DNA from: an uncultured Chloroflexia bacterium
GTDB lineage: Bacteria > Chloroflexota > Anaerolineae > Anaerolineales > Anaerolineaceae
Reading direction: 5' to 3'
NCBI GenBank assembly: GCA_963704755.1
Contig: OY969938.1
Coordinates: 3,360,001 to 3,392,000, forward strand
DNA: 32,000 nt
The translations under genes and the position numbers were made by a program. Below the pieces are notes generated by a model. It was not told the origin of the DNA and did no database searches. It was given only the letters and a program-made list of their open reading frames with translations. How positions within the stretch are numbered: position 1 is the stretch's first letter; each line of letters starts with the position of its first letter. Below, one piece after another: positions 1 through 7,011 of this stretch.

Positions 1-388
1 ATAAGATCGAAAACTCCTGGGCAACTGCGGCCGCGTGAAGCGGAAAGATCTCGTCGATCATCTGTTGACCCGCGACCGTCAGCACAATCCGGCTGACCCG
101 GCGGTCATTTGGATCCGCCTGGCGCTGGACCAGCCCACGTTTTTCCAGGTTATCGATCACCATGGTAATGTTCCCATTGCTTTTCAGCAATTTACCCGCC
201 ATCTCACACTGAGACATCGACCCCAGGTGCCGCAGCACTTCCAAAACACCAAATTGGGTTTCGGTCAGGTCGCCCATTGTGCCGCGTTGGTTCAAACGAC
301 TGGATACAGAATTTGCCGCTCGGGTCAATTTGATCCAGGCGTTCAACGCGTCTACTTCTGCTGGCGTGCCCTCGTAATGAGTTGGCAT
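1..388 (-). CDS. MarR-family winged-helix transcriptional regulator (N-terminus complete, C-terminus runs off the window)
   Basis: Absent from the ORF track because it has no stop in the window. My translation of the reverse strand from ATG 388-386 gives MPTHYEGTPAEVDALNAWIKLTRAANSVSSRLNQRGTMGDLTETQFGVLEVLRHLGSMSQCEMAGKLLKSNGNITMVIDNLEKRGLVQRQADPNDRRVSRIVLTVAGQQMIDEIFPLHAAAVAQEFSIL. 'TxxQFxVLxxL' and 'LExRGLVxRxxDPxDRRxxxIxLT' form the classic MarR HTH-plus-wing signature. Confidence 0.85.
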   Translation of the reverse strand, partial: MPTHYEGTPAEVDALNAWIKLTRAANSVSSRLNQRGTMGDLTETQFGVLEVLRHLGSMSQCEMAGKLLKSNGNITMVIDNLEKRGLVQRQADPNDRRVSRIVLTVAGQQMIDEIFPLHAAAVAQEFSIL

Positions 389-425
389 TTTTTTTTGCTT
401 TCAATATCAAATAATTCTATGTCAA

Positions 426-454
426 ATATTATCAACTTTGTCTGGATTTGTCAA
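426..454 (-). promoter_or_regulatory. Candidate sigma70-type promoter of the marR-like gene
   Basis: The reverse strand reads TTGACA (454-449), a 17-nt spacer, then TAATAT (431-426). This lies about 38 nt upstream of the ATG at 388. Confidence 0.45.
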
Positions 455-486
455 GCGGTTCTGGGTAATTCTAACACAACTCAGAT

Positions 487-508
487 AAACGGAATCCGGA
501 TTCCGTTT
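487..508. promoter_or_regulatory. Perfect 22-bp palindrome, candidate operator in the divergent control region
   Basis: AAACGGAATCC|GGATTCCGTTT has no spacer and no mismatch. It sits about 100 nt upstream of the marR-like start. Confidence 0.3.
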
Positions 509-536
509 GGGTCTCTGGGATCTCCAGTAGAAGAGG

Positions 537-589
537 GTATATGTGGGGGTTATTCGTGCGATTCGCGCACGAATAACCCCCACATATAC
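537..589. repeat. Long perfect hairpin (24-bp stem, 5-nt loop), member of the GT-rich-arm palindrome family
   Basis: GTATATGTGGGGGTTATTCGTGCG / attcg / CGCACGAATAACCCCCACATATAC, checked base by base. Confidence 0.9.
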
Positions 590-675
590 AACCTATTCCG
601 GCGATTCCCACAGAGCCTCCTTTTTTCAATTAACCCAGGTTGGCGCCTGCTTACCCCCCCCAGAAAGAGAAAATG

Positions 676-712
676 GCGTGTTTTTGAGGCACTCTGTGCC
701 TCAAAAACACGC
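676..712. repeat. Perfect hairpin (17-bp stem, 3-nt loop), same family
   Basis: GCGTGTTTTTGAGGCAC / tct / GTGCCTCAAAAACACGC. It contains the family motif TTTGAGG. Confidence 0.9.
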
Positions 713-828
713 TAAATCTTCCAAGAAGATGGATCTATTTGCAAGATCGCAACTTGAGTTAAGTAGAGGTTACTCTCTTTTTTAAAATTATTGTCTGGTC
801 AACCCGATATTTTTAAGGTTGATTCTCT

Positions 829-856
829 TTGATAATCGCGCTGTATGGCTTATAAT
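829..856 (+). promoter_or_regulatory. Candidate sigma70-type promoter for the methyltransferase operon (about 220-nt leader)
   Basis: TTGATA (829-834), a 16-nt spacer, then TATAAT (851-856). No credible ORF lies between it and 1084. Confidence 0.35.
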
Positions 857-1083
857 AGCTGCGTCCCCCAGACCAAAACCAGTACTTGCGAAAATTTACG
901 TCTGGCCGGCCGTTAGAGCCTGGCGTCAGACCTGTCTGCCTGAACGTCGCATTTGTCCATATTCTAGCGGTAAGCTGACAAAAATATATCCAGAAGGTTC
1001 CCGGAATAAACAAGCGGAAACCTATCCGGCTTTTATTGTTTATTGTTTTGCTTCGCGGTAATTGATCAGCAGAGAACAAACAC

Positions 1084-3069
1084 TTGAATTCTACACGCCT
1101 ATCCCCACAATCTGAGTCCTCTGACGCCTCTGAGTATAAAGTTGTTTTTCAACCTTCCGGGCGCAGCGGCAAGATTCCGGACGGGATGACGCTGCGCGAA
1201 GCGGCGCAACGGCTGGGGGTTGGCATCGAGTCAACCTGCGGCGGCCAGGAAATTTGCGCCAAATGCCAGGTCATCATCGAAGAAGGCGAGTTCCCCAAGC
1301 ATGGCTTGATTTCCAGCCAAGATCACGTTACACCGCCTAACGAGCAAGAAAAACGCCTGGCGCGAATTAAGCACTTGCGCCCGGGCGTACGCCTGGCCTG
1401 TATTGCCCGGGTAACCGGTGACTTGCTGGTCAGCATTCCCGAGTACGCCCAGGCCCAAAAACAAATCGTGGTCAAATCTGCCGGCGAGCGAGTGATCCCA
1501 ATCGATCCGATCATCCGGACGCTGTTCGTCAAGTTACCGCCAGCCAGGATCGATGACCGGTCCGATCAGGAGCGCATCCTGGCCCTGGTGACCGAACGTT
1601 ATGGCCTGGAAGGGCTGGTTTTCGATTATCCGGCGCTGCAAGCCTTGCCGATAGCGGTCCGGGCCGGCAAGGGCGACCTGACCCTGACCGTCTGGGACGA
1701 ACGTTTCATTCTACGGGTACAACCCGGCCTGCACGACCGGCCGATCGGGTTGGCGGTCGATATTGGCTCGACCACTCTGGCCGCATACCTGTGCGACTTG
1801 CACAGCGGCGAGCTGCTGGCGACCACCTCGGCGATGAACCCACAGGTCTCCTTTGGCGATGACATCATGTCGCGTATTTCCTACGCCAACGAGGCCGAAA
1901 ATGGCCGCGACCAGCTCCAGCTTTCGGTCGTCCAGGCGATCAATGCGCTGGGTGAGCAGGCCGCATTCGAGGCCGGGGTGGAACCGGAGGATATCGTGGA
2001 TTGTACCCTGGTGGGCAACACAGTCATGCACCACCTGGTTTTGAACCTGGATCCCTCTTCGCTGGGTACTTTACCTTTTACCCCGGTGGCCAGCGGCCCG
2101 CTGGACCTGCGCGCGGCTTTCCTGGGGCTGCACTTCAACCCGGCGGCGCGGGTACACGTTTTACCGTTGGAAGCCGGGTATGTCGGCGCCGATAATGTCG
2201 CCGTGATCCTGGCCGAAGAGCCGCATCACCAGGACGAGATTACCCTGATCGTGGACGTAGGCACCAACGGCGAGATCGTATTGGGCAACCGGGAGCGGCT
2301 GCTGTGTACCTCCAGCCCGACCGGCCCGGCCTTCGAAGGGGCCCAGATTACGCATGGAATGCGCGCAGCGGAAGGGGCTATCGAACGGGTGCGGATCGAC
2401 TCGCTGACCCGCGAGGTGCGCTTTAAGGTCATTGGCAGCCAGAACTGGAGCGACGAGCCCTCCGACCGGGTGGCCCTGGCACGCGGTATTTGTGGGTCCG
2501 GCATCCTGGAAGCCGTGGCCGAGCTGTTCACAGCCGGGGTTCTGCGGCCGAATGGCCGCTTCGATCCCAAATGTAACTCAAACCGACTGGTCCGGCTGGA
2601 AAACGGCCAGCAGGCGTTTGTTCTGGCGCTGGCAGGCCAATCGGTTACCGGCCAGCCCATTCTGCTGACCCAATCGGACGTACGCGCCGTACAACTGGCC
2701 AAAGGGGCCCTGTACACCGGCGCGAAAATGCTCATGAATGAACTGGGTGTGGACCACGTTGAACAGATCATCCTGGCCGGGGCTTTTGGCAGCCTGATCG
2801 ACAAGCGGCGCGCCATGGTCATTGGCATGATCCCGGACTGCGACCTGAAGCGTGTCCACGCCGTGGGGAACGCCGCCGGTGACGGGGCCCGGATCGCCTT
2901 GCTCAACAAGGCGAAAAGAAAAGAGGCGGCCCAGGTGGCGTTGTGGACACAGCACATTACCACCCCGCTGGAGGGCGAATTCCAAAAGCTGTTTGTGGAA
3001 TCCCTGGCCTTTCCCCACGCTAAAGACCGCTTTCCTCACCTCGAGAACCCACCTGAACCTAATTCCTAA
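1084..3069 (+). CDS. Corrinoid reductive activator (RACo/AcsV/RamA-like, COG3894): N-terminal [2Fe-2S] ferredoxin domain plus ASKHA ATPase domain
   Basis: 661-aa ORF. The N-terminal cysteine cluster is 'STCGGQEICAKCQV...LACIARV'. ASKHA phosphate motifs 'VDIGSTTLAAYL' and 'VDVGTNGEIVLG' are present. The only in-frame start is TTG at 1084 with a weak RBS, so the start is uncertain. Confidence 0.85.
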   Translation: MNSTRLSPQSESSDASEYKVVFQPSGRSGKIPDGMTLREAAQRLGVGIESTCGGQEICAKCQVIIEEGEFPKHGLISSQDHVTPPNEQEKRLARIKHLRPGVRLACIARVTGDLLVSIPEYAQAQKQIVVKSAGERVIPIDPIIRTLFVKLPPARIDDRSDQERILALVTERYGLEGLVFDYPALQALPIAVRAGKGDLTLTVWDERFILRVQPGLHDRPIGLAVDIGSTTLAAYLCDLHSGELLATTSAMNPQVSFGDDIMSRISYANEAENGRDQLQLSVVQAINALGEQAAFEAGVEPEDIVDCTLVGNTVMHHLVLNLDPSSLGTLPFTPVASGPLDLRAAFLGLHFNPAARVHVLPLEAGYVGADNVAVILAEEPHHQDEITLIVDVGTNGEIVLGNRERLLCTSSPTGPAFEGAQITHGMRAAEGAIERVRIDSLTREVRFKVIGSQNWSDEPSDRVALARGICGSGILEAVAELFTAGVLRPNGRFDPKCNSNRLVRLENGQQAFVLALAGQSVTGQPILLTQSDVRAVQLAKGALYTGAKMLMNELGVDHVEQIILAGAFGSLIDKRRAMVIGMIPDCDLKRVHAVGNAAGDGARIALLNKAKRKEAAQVALWTQHITTPLEGEFQKLFVESLAFPHAKDRFPHLENPPEPNS

Positions 3070-3103
3070 ATATGGTAACTACTCAAGCCCTTATGATGAA
3101 ATT

Positions 3104-3158
3104 CCCTGAATTGAGATGTTTGCAGTGGCGAAGCCGCTGCAAACATCTCAATTCAGGG
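3104..3158. repeat. Hairpin (26-bp stem, one G-T pair, 3-nt loop), same family
   Basis: CCCTGAATTGAGATGTTTGCAGTGGC / gaa / GCCGCTGCAAACATCTCAATTCAGGG. Confidence 0.9.
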
Positions 3159-3221
3159 GTTCATACTCATTGGGTTGAGCAGCTACAAATGATGCAACTA
3201 TTCAGCCAAAGCAGAAGAAAA

Positions 3222-3274
3222 GATGGTTTTATTGTTTTTTGCGTGCATAGCACGCAAAAAACAATAAAACCATC
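3222..3274. repeat. Perfect hairpin (25-bp stem, 3-nt loop), same family
   Basis: GATGGTTTTATTGTTTTTTGCGTGC / ata / GCACGCAAAAAACAATAAAACCATC. Confidence 0.9.
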
Positions 3275-3379
3275 TCCCCCTTCTGGATCTGCCAAAGCAG
3301 TTACAAGATAATTGCGACGCCGGTCTTGGGGGGCGGCCGGTGCAATCTCGAAAATAATTCACCTAAGGAGAAAGCAAGC

Positions 3380-4768
3380 ATGCGAACGAACTGGCTAGTC
3401 GAGATCACCAAAAGAGCACAGACCGGCCCCTACATGAAAGAAGGCGATTTTGACTTGATGCTCACCAAGAAAATCCGTGAGCTGGTCAAGTCCTATGGCA
3501 TCAAGTGGGATGCGAATAACCTGGTTCCCGCCGATGACGACCTGGTCGACCGGGTCTTTCAGGCCGGCTTACAGCTTTTCTGCGAAGTGGGCGTGTATTG
3601 CCAGTCCACCGAGCGCCTGATCCGCTTCTCCCGCGAAGAGGTGCTGGACATCCTGGCCATGGCTCCGGCTGAAGTGAAGCTGGGCACGGGCAAAGACCAG
3701 GTAATCATGCACCACCGCAACGTGGAAGACCCACGCCGGCCGATCGTCCATTCCGGCCCGACCGGAACGCCAGCCAGCGAAAAATACCATCCGCTGATCC
3801 TGCTTTCCTGCGCGCAGGAGCCGCTGGTGGACTGCCTGGGCGCCGGGTCGGTTTCGACCTACCTGGGCGAGCAGATTATCCCCGGCTCTCCGCTGGAAAT
3901 CCTGGGTGCCCGCCGGGATGCCTCGGTAGCTCGTGAAGTCGTGCGCATGGCCGGCCGGCCGGGTATGCACATCAATGACGTGGCCGTCCCGTTGACCTGC
4001 GCCGGCAAGATGGCGGCCTACGACCCCGATTCTGGGCTGCGCCCTAGCGACGGCATCCTGGTCTCGCAGATGGTGGAGATGAAGACCGACTTCGACCAGC
4101 TTTCACGGGTCGCCTGGCTGAATAACGTCGGCGGGGTGCGGGTGGATTTGATGACGCCGCTCATCGGTGGGCTCGGCGGGCGCGCCGAAGGCACTGCGGT
4201 CGTCTCGGTCGCCGATCACCTGTTGGGTGTGGTGCTCTACGACGCCGACTATCACATGTTCTCGCTGACCCACATCAATTACGTCAATAACACTGAGCCG
4301 ATGGGCATCTGGATCCAGGCCGTAGTCGGCCAGGCCCTGGCGCGCAACACCCACATCGTCTGCCTGAACGATATCTACGTCCTCTCCGGCCCGGGTACCA
4401 AAGAGCTGCTCTACGAAGTGGCTGCCGGCGCGATCGTCGGCACGGTCTCCGGGTTCAATATGCAGGGCGCCGGTACCACCGGCGGCTTCAAGACCGACCA
4501 TACCACCGGCCTGGAAGCCCGCCTGATCGGCGAAGTCTCCCGCCAGACCCTGGGCTGGACCCGCCAGCAGGCCAGCGAAGTGATCCCCGAGATCCAGAAA
4601 CACTTCCTGGATACGCTCAAAGAGCCCAACCGCGGCCGCCCGTTCTACGAAGTGTACGACGTGGATCGCGTCGAGCCGACCGCCGAGTGGCTGGACCTGT
4701 ATTACCAGGTCAAGGAAGACCTGACCGGCCTGGGATTGAAATTCGACCTATCCAATAAAGGCAAGTAA
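3380..4768 (+). CDS. MtmB-family (monomethylamine methyltransferase-like) corrinoid-dependent methyltransferase, pyrrolysine-free
   Basis: 462 aa from the ATG at 3380, with RBS AAGGAG 8 nt upstream. Its length and several blocks match my recollection of Methanosarcina MtmB (about 458 aa): 'GPTGTP', 'MAGRPGM', 'TTGLEARLIGEVSR' and 'FYEVYDVDRVEPTAEW...LGL'. The frame is uninterrupted with no in-frame TAG. Confidence 0.8.
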   Translation: MRTNWLVEITKRAQTGPYMKEGDFDLMLTKKIRELVKSYGIKWDANNLVPADDDLVDRVFQAGLQLFCEVGVYCQSTERLIRFSREEVLDILAMAPAEVKLGTGKDQVIMHHRNVEDPRRPIVHSGPTGTPASEKYHPLILLSCAQEPLVDCLGAGSVSTYLGEQIIPGSPLEILGARRDASVAREVVRMAGRPGMHINDVAVPLTCAGKMAAYDPDSGLRPSDGILVSQMVEMKTDFDQLSRVAWLNNVGGVRVDLMTPLIGGLGGRAEGTAVVSVADHLLGVVLYDADYHMFSLTHINYVNNTEPMGIWIQAVVGQALARNTHIVCLNDIYVLSGPGTKELLYEVAAGAIVGTVSGFNMQGAGTTGGFKTDHTTGLEARLIGEVSRQTLGWTRQQASEVIPEIQKHFLDTLKEPNRGRPFYEVYDVDRVEPTAEWLDLYYQVKEDLTGLGLKFDLSNKGK

Positions 4769-4775
4769 GAAACTA

Positions 4776-4915
4776 TTAACCACGGCATGGAAGAGAGAAA
4801 AGAGAATAGAGAATAGAGAATAGTAAATTCGGATGGCAAGATCGCTTGTTGATAAGCTACTCTTTTCCAATCTCTAATCTCTAATCTCTCTTCATCTCCG
4901 TGTCTCCGTGGTTAG
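4776..4915. repeat. Long imperfect inverted repeat (about 45-bp arms) built on GAGAATAGAGA / TCTCTAATCTC units
   Basis: The left arm is TTAACCACGG..GAGAATAGAGAATAGAGAATAG. The right arm is CCAATCTCTAATCTCTAATCTCTC..CCGTGGTTAG. The outer AACCACGG/CCGTGGTT pairing is perfect, and the inner repeats pair apart from regular A-A mismatches. Confidence 0.7.
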
Positions 4916-4938
4916 AATTTTTTCTAAGGAGATTACCG

Positions 4939-5589
4939 ATGGCAGTACCCGAATCCATCCGCGAAAGATTGAGCACAGCCCTGAAGGAAGGCGAGGCCGA
5001 AGAAGCCGAGGCCATCGTCCTGGAAGCGCTGGAAACAAACGTAGGACCTCTGGAAATTATCCACGAAGTCATGATCCCGACCCTGGAAGTGGTGGGTGAA
5101 GAGTTCCAGCGCGGGGACATTTTCGTTCCCGAACTGCTGCTGACCGGTGAAGCGGCCGAAAAAGTATCCAAGCACCTGGAAAAAGCGATCGAAACCCAGG
5201 GCATCGCTTCGGTTTCGCCCGGCATGGTCGTGATCGGCACGGTCAAAGGCGACATTCACGATATCGGTAAGAATATCGTCGCCACCATGCTGCGCGCTAA
5301 CGGCTTCAAGGTCGTTGACCTGGGCCGCGACGTCACCCCGAGCGCTTTTGTCGAGGCTGCCCGGAATGACAAAGCCGACATTATCGGCATGGCTTCCTTA
5401 ATGACCACTACCCGCCCGGCGATTTTGAGCACCATCAATCTGTTCAAAGAACTCGGTTTGCGGGATCAATATAAGATCGTTGTGGGGGGTGGCTCGGTTA
5501 CCCGCGATTGGGCCGAGGCTTCAGGCGCCGACGGTTACGCTGAGGATGCAACATCCGCAGTGGAACTGTGCAAGAAACTGGCCGCCTGA
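4939..5589 (+). CDS. Corrinoid (cobalamin-binding) methyl-carrier protein, MtmC/MtbC/MttC/MtaC type
   Basis: 216 aa from the ATG at 4939, with AAGGAG 8 nt upstream. It has a helical B12 cap followed by a Rossmann B12 domain. The motifs are DxHxxG ('GDIHDIGKNIV'), 'MASLMTTT' and 'VVGGGS'. Confidence 0.9.
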   Translation: MAVPESIRERLSTALKEGEAEEAEAIVLEALETNVGPLEIIHEVMIPTLEVVGEEFQRGDIFVPELLLTGEAAEKVSKHLEKAIETQGIASVSPGMVVIGTVKGDIHDIGKNIVATMLRANGFKVVDLGRDVTPSAFVEAARNDKADIIGMASLMTTTRPAILSTINLFKELGLRDQYKIVVGGGSVTRDWAEASGADGYAEDATSAVELCKKLAA

Positions 5590-5617
5590 AGGGTAAATCG
5601 CACGCCAAAGGTGGAGA

Positions 5618-5647
5618 TGCCCGGGCGGGACAAATGCCACCCGGGCA
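5618..5647 (+). terminator. Weak candidate terminator hairpin after the corrinoid protein gene
   Basis: TGCCCGGG / 14-nt loop / CCCGGGCA. The T-rich tract (ATTATTTTTTCTCTT) starts only about 12 nt later, so this is not a textbook terminator. Confidence 0.3.
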
Positions 5648-5825
5648 GAACCCAAAAATTATTTTTTCTCTTCGGTAAGCGCAAGAAAACTATCCGGCAA
5701 GGGAACAAAATTCTCTCAACGGCCGGGATAGTTATGAACAAAGGAGGCTCATACCAAAATTTCTGTAGTGTTTTTTTTCGGTTTTCCACTCGTTAATAAC
5801 CAAAACCTCATGGAGGAGTAAGTTC

Positions 5826-6839
5826 ATGAAAGCCCGTAAGTTTGTTATATTATTTTCCGTTTTGATGGTCGTATCTATCTTGATGGCTGCCTGCGGCAGC
5901 GCTCAGGCGGTGCCTACTGCCACTTCTGCGCCGAAAGAAAGTATCGCGGTGGTCATGATTGGCCCCATGGATGACAATTCCTGGAACGAAGTCGCCTACA
6001 ACGCGCTCAATTCGCTCAAGAGCGAGGGCGTGGACGTGGCTTATGCAGAAAACATCTCTACCGATGACGCTGCGCGTGTGCTGCGGGAATATGCCGGACA
6101 GGGATATAACGTGGTAGTAGCCCATACGTTCAGTTTCCAGGACGCCGTTTTCCAGGTGGCCAAGGAATACCCAAACCTGGACTTTGCCTGGCCGGGGGGC
6201 ATGGACAAGACCGATACCAACGTGGCCGATTACGACCAGCCTTTCTACCAGGCGGCTTACCCCATTGGTGTGCTGGCTGCTTACATGAGCAAGAGCGGCA
6301 AGCTGGGCGCGCTGTACGGGTTCGATATCCCCGTGTGCCATTCGATGGGTGAGGCTTTCCTGGCAGGCGCCAAGACCGTCAACCCGGACGCACAACTGGT
6401 TGTGACCGAGGTAGGCGATTGGGACGATGTCGCCAAGGCCAAGGAAGCTGCACTGGCTCAGGCGGACGCCGGTGTGGATTTCTGGTTGAACTGCGGTGAA
6501 GGGCCGGCCCTGGGCTCGATCGAAGCAGCCAAAGAACGCGGCGGTTACGTCACCGGGTACGTCGGCGATATGAGCGAGAACGGCCCCGATGTTGTCCTGG
6601 TCAACCTGATGTGGCAGCTCGAGCCGCTCTTCCGCCAGATGCTTGCCGACGCCAAGTCCGGCGACTTCGCCAATAAATATTATCAGTACGGTATCGCTGA
6701 CGACGGCGTGGGTATCAAATACAATGATGCGCTCAAAGCCCAAATCCCGGCCGATGCATTGGCCGCGGTGGACCAGTCCATTGCCGATATCAAATCCGGC
6801 AAGGTAACTGTGCCGTTTGTGCCGTCTGCGGATCAGTAA
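5826..6839 (+). CDS. BMP-family (PnrA/Med/TmpC-like) ABC transporter substrate-binding lipoprotein
   Basis: Lipobox 'LMAAC'. 'IAVVMIGPMDDNSWNEVAYNAL' matches the BMP-family N-terminal block. The RBS is GGAGGAG. Confidence 0.9.
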   Translation: MKARKFVILFSVLMVVSILMAACGSAQAVPTATSAPKESIAVVMIGPMDDNSWNEVAYNALNSLKSEGVDVAYAENISTDDAARVLREYAGQGYNVVVAHTFSFQDAVFQVAKEYPNLDFAWPGGMDKTDTNVADYDQPFYQAAYPIGVLAAYMSKSGKLGALYGFDIPVCHSMGEAFLAGAKTVNPDAQLVVTEVGDWDDVAKAKEAALAQADAGVDFWLNCGEGPALGSIEAAKERGGYVTGYVGDMSENGPDVVLVNLMWQLEPLFRQMLADAKSGDFANKYYQYGIADDGVGIKYNDALKAQIPADALAAVDQSIADIKSGKVTVPFVPSADQ

Positions 6840-6877
6840 TGTTCTCTGTAAGAAACAAGTTTATTTTCATCAATAAT

Positions 6878-6903
6878 TCTCCCGCCCCTTATCGGGCGGG
6901 AGA
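6878..6903 (+). terminator. GC hairpin after the SBP gene (10-bp stem) with no U-tract
   Basis: TCTCCCGCCC / cttatc / GGGCGGGAGA, followed by an A-run rather than a T-run. Confidence 0.3.
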
Positions 6904-6909
6904 AAAAAA

Positions 6910-6960
6910 GGTTTTTGAGTGTTTGTGCGACACTTTGTGTCGCACAAACACTCAAAAACC
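6910..6960. repeat. Perfect hairpin (23-bp stem, 5-nt loop), same family
   Basis: GGTTTTTGAGTGTTTGTGCGACA / ctttg / TGTCGCACAAACACTCAAAAACC. Confidence 0.9.
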
Positions 6961-6965
6961 TGAAT

Positions 6966-7008
6966 CTCCCCTCTCCCCTTGTGGGAGAGGGGCCGGGGGA
7001 GAGGGGCT
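6966..7008. repeat. GC-rich 'GEG' palindromic element
   Basis: CCCCTCTCCC cttgt GGGAGAGGGG CCGGGGGAGAGGGG. Related copies lie at 10619-10711 and 30337-30491. Confidence 0.75.
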
Positions 7009-7011
7009 GGC

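Noticed and set aside
35-715. 226-aa + strand ORF at the window start
   Set aside because: It is the antisense shadow of the clearly MarR-like - strand gene (1-388). It then reads through AT-rich promoter DNA and a 24-bp palindrome. It has no recognisable domain.
860-1083. Cobalamin riboswitch upstream of the corrinoid cassette
   Set aside because: GTCAGACCTGTCTGCC (about 925-945) vaguely resembles a B12 box. The GGGAA...GGTG.AA..CC...CCCGC.ACTG core is absent on both strands.
2226-2963. Long antisense ORFs at 2226-2963, 5850-6743, 7843-8586, 13601-14494, 14839-15669, 19982-20578 and 27565-28131
   Set aside because: All lie opposite genes with strong family signatures. All have Arg/Pro/Gly-rich compositions characteristic of high-GC antisense frames.
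3072-3311. 79-aa ORF between the activator and MtmB-like genes
   Set aside because: It is composed almost entirely of the two long palindromes (3104-3158 and 3222-3274), so it is an artefact of repeat DNA.
3380-4768. Pyrrolysine (UAG read-through) in the MtmB-like gene
   Set aside because: The reading frame is continuous with no in-frame TAG. The position I align with Pyl is a sense codon (AAT), and no pyl genes are in the window.
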